A stretch of 64,000 bases of DNA from a virus (Duplodnaviria; Heunggongvirae; Uroviricota; Caudoviricetes): the IMG/VR virus record IMGVR_UViG_3300027744_000008, one strand, 5' to 3'. The notes below the pieces were generated by a model. It saw only the letters and a program-made list of their open reading frames with translations, searched no databases and was not told the DNA's origin. Shown here piece by piece: positions 16,164-25,764 of the stretch. Within the stretch, counting starts at the first letter, position 1, and the number at the start of each line of letters is the position of its first letter. The position numbers and the translations under genes are program-made.

Positions 16164-17474
16164 ATGAGCAATCCTTGTTATCAAGTTATACGTGACCTAG
16201 AAACGCACAATCTACGTACCAATAAAGAACAAATTATTTTGGCTCAAGCAGAAGCAGGTAATGAAGAGTTCTTTGACGGATGTAGACTAGCACTCGATCC
16301 AATGATTACATTTGGGCTTAAACAGATACCGGAGAAAACTGATGAAGATGGTCCTGGCCTCGATTACAACAATTTTAGTCTTATTGTTAGCTGCCTTATT
16401 ACTCGTGACCTCACCGGAAATATTGCCCGCGATGCCGTTGCTGAGATGATGAAAGAATCCACTGTATCACAGTGGAATGATTGGTACAGACGTATTTTAA
16501 TCAAAGATCTACGCTGTGGTGTAAGTGAAAAAACTGTCAACAAGGTTGTGGAGAAAAACTATGCTTCGTATGCTATTCCTATTTTTGGTTGTCAGCTTGC
16601 TCACGATAGTGCTAATCATGAATCAAAGGTCCAAGGGAAAAAACTTATCGAAGTTAAGTTGGATGGCGTTAGGGTTATCACTATTCTATACCCTGACGGT
16701 CGTGTCAATATGTTTAGTCGTAATGGTAAAGAGCTTGTTAACTTCCCTCACGTAGTAGAGCAAATTGCGGCCGCATTTACTGATGGCGAAGAAGCGATGG
16801 TACTAGACGGTGAGATAATGAGTAGCAGTTTCCAAGACTTGATGAAGCAAGTGCATCGAAAAGACAATGTAGAAGCAGGTGATGCCATACTTAACTTGTT
16901 TGATATTTTGCCGCTAGCTGATTTTGAAAAAGGTAATTGGAGTCGTAAGCAAAGTCACCGCACACAAATGATAACCAATTGGGTCACTAAACGTCAACAT
17001 CTTATGCCTAATGTTACAGTTGTAGCGCAAGAGCTTGTAGATTTAGACACAGAAGAAGGTAATAAACGGTTTAGTGAGATCAATGCCAAGGCTGTTGCAG
17101 GCGGATATGAAGGCATTATGATTAAGGATCCAGAAGCACCTTATGAATGTAAGAGGACTGCCAGTTGGCTCAAGCTCAAACCATTTATTGAAGTTAGTCT
17201 TACTGTGGTAGCCACCGAAGAAGGTACTGGTAAGAACGTAGGTAAAATGGGTGCATTAGTCTGTGAAGGAATTGATGATGGGAAAGATATCCGTGTTAAT
17301 GTTGGCAGTGGCTTTACTGATGAACAGCGTGATGATCTTTGGTCATGCAAGGTCAACGGACACGTCATTGAAGTACGTGCAGATGCAGTAACACAAAATC
17401 AAGACGGCACCTACTCATTAAGATTCCCCCGATTCAAAGGATTTAGGGGGTTTGAACAAGGAGAAAAAATATGA
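16164..17474 (+). CDS. lig: ATP-dependent DNA ligase
   Basis: EVKLDGVR (adenylated Lys), VLDGE, LFD, EGIMIK, WLKLK and the OB-fold SLRFPRF. Confidence 0.93.
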   Translation: MSNPCYQVIRDLETHNLRTNKEQIILAQAEAGNEEFFDGCRLALDPMITFGLKQIPEKTDEDGPGLDYNNFSLIVSCLITRDLTGNIARDAVAEMMKESTVSQWNDWYRRILIKDLRCGVSEKTVNKVVEKNYASYAIPIFGCQLAHDSANHESKVQGKKLIEVKLDGVRVITILYPDGRVNMFSRNGKELVNFPHVVEQIAAAFTDGEEAMVLDGEIMSSSFQDLMKQVHRKDNVEAGDAILNLFDILPLADFEKGNWSRKQSHRTQMITNWVTKRQHLMPNVTVVAQELVDLDTEEGNKRFSEINAKAVAGGYEGIMIKDPEAPYECKRTASWLKLKPFIEVSLTVVATEEGTGKNVGKMGALVCEGIDDGKDIRVNVGSGFTDEQRDDLWSCKVNGHVIEVRADAVTQNQDGTYSLRFPRFKGFRGFEQGEKI

Positions 17475-17674
17475 TCAAAGAAGGAACTTGCTGGACTGGT
17501 CTCGGTGGCAAAATATTTTTAGTTCTCAAAAAAGTTGAACTAGACGGTCACACTTGGATATATTATCGAGACTACCGCCATAATATAGAAGATGACGTAC
17601 GAGAGTATAGTTGTTATGAAGAAACCTTCTTAGAAAGATTCCGCGAACTACCCGAAAGCACAAAAGAAAGATAA
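17471..17674 (+). CDS. hypothetical protein
   Basis: ATGA overlap with the ligase; GGAG SD. Confidence 0.7.
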   Translation: MIKEGTCWTGLGGKIFLVLKKVELDGHTWIYYRDYRHNIEDDVREYSCYEETFLERFRELPESTKER

Positions 17675-17675
17675 A

Positions 17676-18041
17676 ATGACAAACCCGTTTAGAGATCAAG
17701 AAAAATTCATGAAGGCCTGCGACCAGACAGTTGGTGGCGAGTTTGACAAAGATCAATTTAATTTGTATATTAGTTTGATTGAAGAAGAAGCAAAAGAACT
17801 TGCCGAAGCCATTGAAGCTCACGATCAAGTAGAAACACTGGATGCACTTATTGATATTCTAGTGGTCACCATTGGTGCTATCCATAGCATGGGCAGTGAT
17901 GCTGAGGGTGCGTGGAAAGAAGTCATGAAAACTAACTTTGCCAAGATTGATAAAGAAACAGGTAAAGTTCGTAAGCGTGAAGATGGAAAAGTTCTCAAGC
18001 CCATCGGCTGGACTCCTCCAGATTTAAAACAATTTATTTAA
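17676..18041 (+). CDS. MazG-like/PRA-PH NTP pyrophosphohydrolase
   Basis: LIEEEAKEL...DALIDILVV...EVMKTNFAK...REDGKVLKP. Confidence 0.82.
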   Translation: MTNPFRDQEKFMKACDQTVGGEFDKDQFNLYISLIEEEAKELAEAIEAHDQVETLDALIDILVVTIGAIHSMGSDAEGAWKEVMKTNFAKIDKETGKVRKREDGKVLKPIGWTPPDLKQFI

Positions 18042-18048
18042 GGAAAGA

Positions 18049-18888
18049 ATGATGGGTAGAAATTATTGGACATGCACAAAATTTGCAGACTGGATTCGTG
18101 GTACTGCCAAACCACGTGCTGAAACCATGGAAGGTTGGGACAACTGGCATACCACTGCTAAAATGCGTTATAACTTTCGCTATTGGCTAGCAGAAGAAGG
18201 ATTGGACTATATACAAAATGCTATCTACTACATTCCTGACCGAATTTATGCGGTCAAATATTACATCAATAATCGTTGGGTATCTCATACTCACGCTCTC
18301 ACTGCCCATAGTTCTCTTATATCTAAAGGACAGTGGTGCGATGTTGGTCACCGCTTTCTTCCTTGTTTGTTCAGCGAGCTTGTGGATTTTGTTGAAGTAG
18401 AGCTTGCTTGGTGGCACCTAGTTTGGGAAGATAAAGAAAAGCGCAAGAAGTATAATGCTCCCTGGTGGCGCTTTGGCTGGTGGAACATGCGCCTGTGGCG
18501 TTGTCCCCAAGCTGGCCTAGACAATCTTGCATGGCAAGCTAATCTTGTAAGAGATGAGCAATATACTAACAAAGATGATCCAGAATTTGGCAAACCCACT
18601 GAACAGGCAATTAGAGCCAAGGAAATTTTAGATCTTTACACATGGTGGACTGAAGTATATCTAAAACGTCCAGACCCCTATGAAGCCAGTGGATGGAGTG
18701 CCTACTGCGAAGCAAGCCGTACAGCTAATGGCGGTAGCCTAAGTTGGGGTGCAGATAAGAGTCCCGAACTTAAAAAGATGAGTGACAAATCACACAAGCT
18801 ACTTCGTAAGATTGAAGAAGCCTACGAAAAAGAAGACGAAGCCATGATGATTCGTTTGATTAAGATCCGTGGTAGTCTGTGGACTTAA
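18049..18888 (+). CDS. Trp-rich hypothetical phage protein
   Basis: Long ORF in the operon with an AAGGA SD; no recognised domain. Confidence 0.8.
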   Translation: MMGRNYWTCTKFADWIRGTAKPRAETMEGWDNWHTTAKMRYNFRYWLAEEGLDYIQNAIYYIPDRIYAVKYYINNRWVSHTHALTAHSSLISKGQWCDVGHRFLPCLFSELVDFVEVELAWWHLVWEDKEKRKKYNAPWWRFGWWNMRLWRCPQAGLDNLAWQANLVRDEQYTNKDDPEFGKPTEQAIRAKEILDLYTWWTEVYLKRPDPYEASGWSAYCEASRTANGGSLSWGADKSPELKKMSDKSHKLLRKIEEAYEKEDEAMMIRLIKIRGSLWT

Positions 18889-19707
18889 ATGAAAAAGTAT
18901 GTTGTTGGATTAGGGTGTAGTTGGACTCAAGGTCAGGGAGGGTATCCTAAAGAAATATGGGACAGATATAATGGTCGTATAGATATCAGTGGCGACGAAG
19001 ATCAACCTCTTAGAGAGTACGAACACTTTAACAGTTGGGTCAACTCTCTGTGCCGAGACTACCTTAGTGATCACATACCTATAAATCTTGGTGTACGAGG
19101 TTGCGGCAATCGTGGCGCTGTAAAACAATTATATTTTAGCAACATCGATTGGTCGCAAGGTTCCGGGTATATTATTTTAATGTTGTCCGGGCTTGACCGA
19201 TTCGACTTCTTAAGAGAAGATCTTCTAAAAGACGATAACGCATACCATCATTACAAATACAATACTATCTGGCCTATTGAATCTTCGGATAATGAACTAT
19301 GGCGTGGATACGCAAAAGCATGGTCGGAACAGATTGTGGCCCATGAAACAATGCTAGCCATGTTAGAACTTCAAAATTTTTGCAGATTATACAATTACAA
19401 ACTTATTGTAGCAAATGGTTTTAATACTGTAGACTTAGAAAATCACCTAGGGGAATTTGCTAAACCATTAGCTAATAAATTTAATTGGGATTATTATCTG
19501 CATAGCAAGACACCATATGTAGCTATGATAGAAAAATTAATAGAGTTAGATCAAGCAATAGACCAAAAAGACTGGAAAGATTTCTATACCAAATATAGTA
19601 ATTTTAATTATCCTAAAGAGTATCTTACTAATTGCTCGCATCCTACAATTAAAGGATATAATACTATTGCAGGTGAGCTTAATAAATTTATTTCTTTGTC
19701 AGCGTAA
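18889..19707 (+). CDS. SGNH/GDSL-like protein
   Basis: GLGCSWTQG (block I), NLGVRGCGN (block II) and CSHPTIKGY (block V). Confidence 0.6.
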   Translation: MKKYVVGLGCSWTQGQGGYPKEIWDRYNGRIDISGDEDQPLREYEHFNSWVNSLCRDYLSDHIPINLGVRGCGNRGAVKQLYFSNIDWSQGSGYIILMLSGLDRFDFLREDLLKDDNAYHHYKYNTIWPIESSDNELWRGYAKAWSEQIVAHETMLAMLELQNFCRLYNYKLIVANGFNTVDLENHLGEFAKPLANKFNWDYYLHSKTPYVAMIEKLIELDQAIDQKDWKDFYTKYSNFNYPKEYLTNCSHPTIKGYNTIAGELNKFISLSA

Positions 19708-19753
19708 TTAAGGGCTAGTGCGTTATAATATGTATGTTCTAAAGGAATTTAAA

Positions 19754-19864
19754 ATGAAATTAGTTATTGCCGCCGAGGAAGATGAATTATCACCGTACAT
19801 AACTGTTAGGCTAGCATTGGCCAGAGCCAAAGCAATGGCAAAGTACAGAGAAGTTTGGGGGTAA
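19754..19864 (+). CDS. 36-aa small protein (not in ORF track)
   Basis: MKLVIAAEEDELSPYITVRLALARAKAMAKYREVWG*. AAAGGA SD; followed by a terminator. Confidence 0.6.
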   Translation: MKLVIAAEEDELSPYITVRLALARAKAMAKYREVWG

Positions 19865-19883
19865 TACCCTAAACTTTTTTTTT
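19851..19883 (+). terminator. intrinsic terminator
   Basis: AAGTTTGGGGGT-AAT-ACCCTAAACTT hairpin (one bulge) running into a 9-T tract (19875-83). Confidence 0.6.
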
Positions 19884-19911
19884 GGTCATTATATTATTAG
19901 ATAATTACTGT

Positions 19912-21273
19912 ATGACCTCTAAACAACGAATTATAGAAATAAAAGAAATAACCGATCAAATAAGCCCTACATTTTGTTTGGCTAAATGGCATCATACTAC
20001 AATCTATCTTCAAACAGGAGAAACACATAGTTGTTATCATCCTGCTCCACACAAAATACCACTTGAAGAGATTAAAACTAATCCTAGTGCAATTCATAAT
20101 ACCATAGAGAAAAAACAACAACGTGCAGAAATGCTAGCAGGTGAAAAACCCCAAGGTTGTCAATACTGCTGGAACATAGAGGCATTAGGTGATGACTATA
20201 TCAGTGATCGACATGATCGTAACGCCAGTATCTATAAGCCGGAGAGACTACAGGAAATTATAGATCAAGGTCCAGATTTTAATGTCAACCCCGAATATCT
20301 TGAAATAAGTTTTGGTAATGAATGTAATTTCAAATGCGGTTACTGCCATCCCAAAGCATCTAGTAGTTTTTATAAAGAGATAAAAGAACACGGTGCATAT
20401 CCTGTTAACAATCACAGATTTACTGTTGACGGATTGTTTATCTACGAAGAAGACGTCAATCCATATGTAGCAGCGTGGTGGCGTTGGTGGCCTACACTGC
20501 GTAAAACTTTAAACATTCTGCGTATAACTGGAGGTGAGCCTCTACTGCAAAAGAACACATTCCTATTACTAGATAACTTAGATAGATATCCACTGCCCAA
20601 TTTAGAATTAAACATTAACAGTAATCTGGGTGTGAAACCCCTATTAGTAAATCGACTTGCAGAAAAAGTTGAAAAACTTCGTGTAGAAGGTAAAATTAGA
20701 AACTTCAAACTGTTTACCAGTATTGACACTTGGGGAGAACGAGCGGAATATATACGTACTGGATTAGACTTAGAAGTATGGGAAAGTAATTTCCATACAT
20801 ATCTAACTAAGACAGCGAACCCAATAACTTTTATGATTACTTTTAACATCTTAGCAGTTACTAGTTTCAAAAGTCTATTAGAAAAAATACTTGAATGGAG
20901 GAAACAGTATGGTTGGTATTCTAGTACTAATGAACATCGTATTCGTTTTGATACTCCTTACCTAAAGGAACCTTTACAATATGACATGAACATATTGCCC
21001 AAAGCAGAGTTCTTACCTTATATGCAAGAGGCTTTAGAATTCATGGCCGCTAATGTTGACAACTCTGCTGTTGATAAATTTACTGATCTAGAATATGAAA
21101 AGTTTCGTAGAGTAGTAACCTACATGGAAACTACTATATATTCAGATGCAAAAATAAACGAAGGTCGTGCAGACTTTTATCGTTGGTTTACAGAGTATGA
21201 TCGTAGACGAAAAACTGATTTTGTTAAAACATTTCCAGAATTAGAAAACTTTTATAAGTCTTGTAAAACATAA
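19912..21273 (+). CDS. radical SAM protein with N-terminal Cys-rich (twitch/SPASM-like) domain
   Basis: CNFKCGYC and ITGGEP; N-terminal CLAKW...CYH...CQYC. Confidence 0.85.
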   Translation: MTSKQRIIEIKEITDQISPTFCLAKWHHTTIYLQTGETHSCYHPAPHKIPLEEIKTNPSAIHNTIEKKQQRAEMLAGEKPQGCQYCWNIEALGDDYISDRHDRNASIYKPERLQEIIDQGPDFNVNPEYLEISFGNECNFKCGYCHPKASSSFYKEIKEHGAYPVNNHRFTVDGLFIYEEDVNPYVAAWWRWWPTLRKTLNILRITGGEPLLQKNTFLLLDNLDRYPLPNLELNINSNLGVKPLLVNRLAEKVEKLRVEGKIRNFKLFTSIDTWGERAEYIRTGLDLEVWESNFHTYLTKTANPITFMITFNILAVTSFKSLLEKILEWRKQYGWYSSTNEHRIRFDTPYLKEPLQYDMNILPKAEFLPYMQEALEFMAANVDNSAVDKFTDLEYEKFRRVVTYMETTIYSDAKINEGRADFYRWFTEYDRRRKTDFVKTFPELENFYKSCKT

Positions 21274-22562
21274 TGAATACAATCAAAATGGCCTATAACT
21301 GGATAGGTCCAAACGGGCCTCTTCCAAATATTGAAATACCCAACATTTTAAATTTAGCAGATGCTTCTATTGGTGGATCGTTAACTTCTAATAGGATTTG
21401 GATAGAAGGTATATGGCATATCTTTAAAGACCATTTTGAATTAAGTCCTACTGCTGTTATCCAAAATACTGATAAATTCATATACCCGTTAACTCTACAC
21501 TGGCGTGTGGACTTTGATGCTTATTTTACTACAGGCGATGGCATTTTAGAATATGCTCACCTTAGTAACGATATACTACACAAAATTAAACACGGCAACG
21601 GTTATATTTTGATAGATCATAGTCCCGAAGCATTTGTCTACGATAAACATCTTAATGTGATACATTCTTATTTCTCATCTCACGGTATTCCTTTATATAA
21701 GATATTGTATCTAACCGGATGTATGAATATCGAAGAAGTGTACAACAGCTATTGCAATCGATATCGTATCCCCGATGACAAAAGTCATAGAATAAAATTA
21801 GTATGCTATCCTTGTAGCATAGATAGTGCATCAAAGGATATTGAAAATTTAGAAGTTGAGCCTAGCTATAATACAGAAAGTATGCCTAAAAAAATATTTT
21901 TGAGTTGGAATAGAAGGCATAAAGCTCACAGAAACATGTTGACCTTGCTATTTGATAAAAACAATCTGCTAGATTGCAGTTACTTTAGTATGTCTAAATG
22001 TCAACCGGAGTTTCCTGATATAAAATTTGAAGATATTTTTCAAGACCACTGGCTTGACTTTTTTGATTTGTCAAAAGAAGACATATCTAACCTAGTAAAA
22101 AAACTACCACTAGTAGTCGACGGGGAGACTGCTATTAATAAAATGATGAAAGGTACACAATCTACATCAGAAAATTTTTACAAAAGCAGTCTAATAAGTA
22201 TCATAACAGAAACTAACTTTGTAGAAAATGAAATTTCAATGACAGAAAAATCTATTAAACCTGTTAAAGAAAAACATCCGTTTATCATGGTAGGTGTAAA
22301 AGGCACACTAAAAGCATATCATAGGCTCGGCTATAAAACATTTAGTGATTTTTGGAGTGAAGATTACGATAACATAGAGAACTGTTGGGAACGACTCCGT
22401 GAAATTATTAGGGTATGCACAGAAATTTCACAGTGGGATAGTGCTAAAATTCTAGATTTTAAAAGAAATGTTAAACCAATATTAGATCATAATTTTCAAA
22501 TTGCAAAAGCAGGCATCAGTCAACAAGCTGCAAACAGTATTATTCAACATGTCAACACATGA
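21273..22562 (+). CDS. putative glycosyltransferase (GT10/fucosyltransferase-like TEK motif)
   Basis: ISIITET...SMTEKSIKP...HPF...GYKTFSDFWSEDYD; paralog of 22559 and 25751. Confidence 0.5.
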   Translation: MNTIKMAYNWIGPNGPLPNIEIPNILNLADASIGGSLTSNRIWIEGIWHIFKDHFELSPTAVIQNTDKFIYPLTLHWRVDFDAYFTTGDGILEYAHLSNDILHKIKHGNGYILIDHSPEAFVYDKHLNVIHSYFSSHGIPLYKILYLTGCMNIEEVYNSYCNRYRIPDDKSHRIKLVCYPCSIDSASKDIENLEVEPSYNTESMPKKIFLSWNRRHKAHRNMLTLLFDKNNLLDCSYFSMSKCQPEFPDIKFEDIFQDHWLDFFDLSKEDISNLVKKLPLVVDGETAINKMMKGTQSTSENFYKSSLISIITETNFVENEISMTEKSIKPVKEKHPFIMVGVKGTLKAYHRLGYKTFSDFWSEDYDNIENCWERLREIIRVCTEISQWDSAKILDFKRNVKPILDHNFQIAKAGISQQAANSIIQHVNT

Positions 22563-23638
22563 AAATATATTATTTGCGATGTTACAATCTAGAATTAACA
22601 GAAAATCTAGAATTAGTAGCCAACAGAATTATCGACAGCGACCCCGATAGGATAATAATTTGGTGTGCCCAAGAATATGCCTACTATGAAATATTTGATC
22701 AGTTGTTTGATCTATTAGAAAACTGGGCCACATCTAACAATAAATTAGTTCATTTGATCACCACTTGTAAATCTGGATATGTTAGGCCGTGGATTCTAGC
22801 AGAAGGCACCTACGGTATACTATATAATTTTATGTTTGCACACATGATGGGATTCCCTACTGACCCAAAAATATGCGATAAAAAATTCATATACCTTAAC
22901 AATAACAAAGCACCAAGTCAAATCAATCCCACTAAAATTTTTACTTGTTATAATCACACTGCACATGCCCAAAGAGGACTGCTGGTAGATCTATTGGCAA
23001 GAGACAATTTGATAAAATTAGGCATAGTGACCTTTCACTATCCCGAACAATATCAGTGGATTTATCATAATGGAACAAAACTTCTTGACGAATTAGATTT
23101 CAAATTAGATAACAATAAGTACTCACCCGATATGGTTCCACAAAGTCAAACTTCTGCTTTTATGGACGTAGTTACAGAATCTCGATATGATATCAATGAA
23201 TACTTTATTACAGAAAAAACATTAAAAAGTCTAATGTTGTATAGACCCTTTCTAGTGTTAAGCTGTCAAGGGTTTCACAAATACCTTGTTGACCGCCTTG
23301 GACTCAGATTATACGATGAACTATTTGACTACGGTTTTGATAATGAACCATCGATCAACAATCGCGTTGAAGGCATCATAAAAAACATTAAACATATAGA
23401 AAAAAGTTTTAGCAGTACTACACAGTTAAATGAAATGTATGATTCTATTAGACCAAAATTATTATATAACAGAAATAGAATAGAAGAAATATTTGTCAAC
23501 AAGGATTTAATTGTACCAAAATCACTTAAATTCTTAATGGAACAAGACAATATTACAATAGAAAATGCCGGGTATGCAGACCTACCTGATTATATGATAA
23601 AAATGGGTTGGTCTAATATAAAGTTAAATAATGTATGA
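22559..23638 (+). CDS. putative glycosyltransferase (GT10-like TEK motif)
   Basis: DVVTES...FITEKTLK...RPF...LYDELFDYGFD. Confidence 0.5.
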   Translation: MKIYYLRCYNLELTENLELVANRIIDSDPDRIIIWCAQEYAYYEIFDQLFDLLENWATSNNKLVHLITTCKSGYVRPWILAEGTYGILYNFMFAHMMGFPTDPKICDKKFIYLNNNKAPSQINPTKIFTCYNHTAHAQRGLLVDLLARDNLIKLGIVTFHYPEQYQWIYHNGTKLLDELDFKLDNNKYSPDMVPQSQTSAFMDVVTESRYDINEYFITEKTLKSLMLYRPFLVLSCQGFHKYLVDRLGLRLYDELFDYGFDNEPSINNRVEGIIKNIKHIEKSFSSTTQLNEMYDSIRPKLLYNRNRIEEIFVNKDLIVPKSLKFLMEQDNITIENAGYADLPDYMIKMGWSNIKLNNV

Positions 23639-25764
23639 CTCCTGAAGAAGCCAATGACAAACACCTAATGACTCTTAAAGCCATTGCAGAGTATGCTAAA
23701 CCTGCACAGCAAAAGAATCTTACTAGTGTACAAATAGACTATGCTATTAGAAAAACTAGATTAATGCTAGTGATACTGCCGCAATGGGCAGCAGAATTTC
23801 CGCCGTTTAATCTCTGTAGACTTAGCTCTGTTGTTAAAGAAGCAGGTTACGAAAGCCGTATCATTGATGCTAATATTAAAGGCTATCAATACTATAAGAA
23901 ACATGTAGAAGATAAGATAAATTTTAAACTATGGGATCCAACAACAATCTGGCGTTGGGTCGGTGACAACTATAATGATATACATTCGTTAATTGAACCA
24001 ATATTAAATGAATGTTTAGACTCTATTATAGAGTACAATCCTACTATAGTAGGATTCAGCATGTATCAAATGAATGAAGAGCCTACTAAATGGATGGCTC
24101 AAGAACTTAAAAAACGTATGCCTCACGTTAAAATAGCAGTAGGCGGACCCAATGTACAAAAAGGATATTTTGTTAAACAACCTTACTATGATTATGTAGT
24201 CAGCGGCGAAGGTGAGGAAGCCATCCTAACGATATTAGATGAGATTGAAAGCGGGTTAGCAGGCACTGATCAAAAGCATCTAAGTCAGCCGGAAGGACAG
24301 AGATTAAATCTTAACAACTTCCCCATGCCTGACTATGACACTATAGATTTTAATGAATATAAAATACCCAACGGCGTTACTACAGAATTAAGTAGAGGGT
24401 GCATTGCCAAGTGTACATTCTGCGAGGAAACCCATTTCTGGAAATATAGACAGAGACAGGCTATTGACGCACTAACTGAGGTGGAATACTTATACAACGA
24501 AAAAGGCACAACAGTCTTTTGGTTCATTGACAGTCTTGTAAACGGCAATCTAAAAGAACTTAGGGCATTTGCCAAGGGTGTTGTGGCCAAGGGACTTGAT
24601 ATCAAATGGACTGGATATGCTAGGCATGATGGTCGTATGGATGTAGAATACTTGAAAGATTTATATGCCAGTGGATGCATGATGTTGAACTACGGATCAG
24701 AAGCAGGCAGTCAAAATGTATTAGATAGCATGGCCAAAGGGGTCACTATTGCAGAGATGGAACAGAATTTTAGAGACGGTCATGCTATAGGAATCAAAGC
24801 AGCAACAAACTGGATTGTGGGATTTCCGACTGAAACATATCAAAACTATGCAGATACTATGACCATGTTATGGCGTGTTAGAGATATGAGCGTACATAAT
24901 ATGAGTACAGGTGTAGGATTTTTTAACGGCCCTGAAACTATTGTGGGACAAAATCCAGAAAAGTTTAATATCTCAGATCATAAATATTTAGGTTATTGGA
25001 TTAGTAAAGACTTTACTAAGGGCGGCAGTCATTTGCTCATGCGTGTAAAATGTATGAGTATCTTCCTTGATCAGATTATAGGCAACAGAGGTATTAACTA
25101 TCCTCACAGACCTGCATTGGCCAGAGATCATTACACGATAAAATATATCAAACCTGGTATAGAAAAGGATGTTAACTACGAACAATTTGATTACGATATA
25201 ATCAAAACTGATATTAATCCTTATGCCGACTCTTTAGTAAACGAGATATGGCCATTGCTAAGGATGCTATGGAAGACACGTGGCGGCTATACTGCTACTA
25301 TTAAATTTAGTCCCGAATTAGACGATACAGAGTTTGGTCGTCATTTCGGCACTGGTCTATACACTGCCGAATTTAAGTTTACTATCTTAGAAAGAGGTAA
25401 TTGGGCAGCTGATTTTAAATATAAATTTGTACAGAATGTTGAGCCGGATCAATATAGGACTGCTAATAGATGGGGTGCATTTTTTGCACAAGATTATAGT
25501 AAGATGGAGGGCAATCCTGCTGCCCGTGCAAGACAACTGGCCAAGCCCGCATGGGGCAAAGATGGGCGAGGCGAAGTGGAATTTAATCAGTTAATCGATG
25601 AAGAAAAAGAATTAAATCGCACAATTGATTTTGGTTTTAACTATGCTTGGAAAGACACAGGTGACTGGAGCGACTATAGGAAGTATGAGATTAGCATTCC
25701 AGGAGCAGATATTCCAAGAGTAGAGGAACACCCCTTAGTGTTCAAACCACTTATAAAACATTGA
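23635..25764 (+). CDS. cobalamin-binding radical SAM enzyme (class B-like)
   Basis: N-terminal B12-binding region (PPFNL...VGFS...IAVGGP...GEGE); SRGCIAKCTFCEE; IDSLVNG; YGSEAGSQNVLDSMAKG; WIVGFPTET. Confidence 0.85.
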   Translation: MTPEEANDKHLMTLKAIAEYAKPAQQKNLTSVQIDYAIRKTRLMLVILPQWAAEFPPFNLCRLSSVVKEAGYESRIIDANIKGYQYYKKHVEDKINFKLWDPTTIWRWVGDNYNDIHSLIEPILNECLDSIIEYNPTIVGFSMYQMNEEPTKWMAQELKKRMPHVKIAVGGPNVQKGYFVKQPYYDYVVSGEGEEAILTILDEIESGLAGTDQKHLSQPEGQRLNLNNFPMPDYDTIDFNEYKIPNGVTTELSRGCIAKCTFCEETHFWKYRQRQAIDALTEVEYLYNEKGTTVFWFIDSLVNGNLKELRAFAKGVVAKGLDIKWTGYARHDGRMDVEYLKDLYASGCMMLNYGSEAGSQNVLDSMAKGVTIAEMEQNFRDGHAIGIKAATNWIVGFPTETYQNYADTMTMLWRVRDMSVHNMSTGVGFFNGPETIVGQNPEKFNISDHKYLGYWISKDFTKGGSHLLMRVKCMSIFLDQIIGNRGINYPHRPALARDHYTIKYIKPGIEKDVNYEQFDYDIIKTDINPYADSLVNEIWPLLRMLWKTRGGYTATIKFSPELDDTEFGRHFGTGLYTAEFKFTILERGNWAADFKYKFVQNVEPDQYRTANRWGAFFAQDYSKMEGNPAARARQLAKPAWGKDGRGEVEFNQLIDEEKELNRTIDFGFNYAWKDTGDWSDYRKYEISIPGADIPRVEEHPLVFKPLIKH

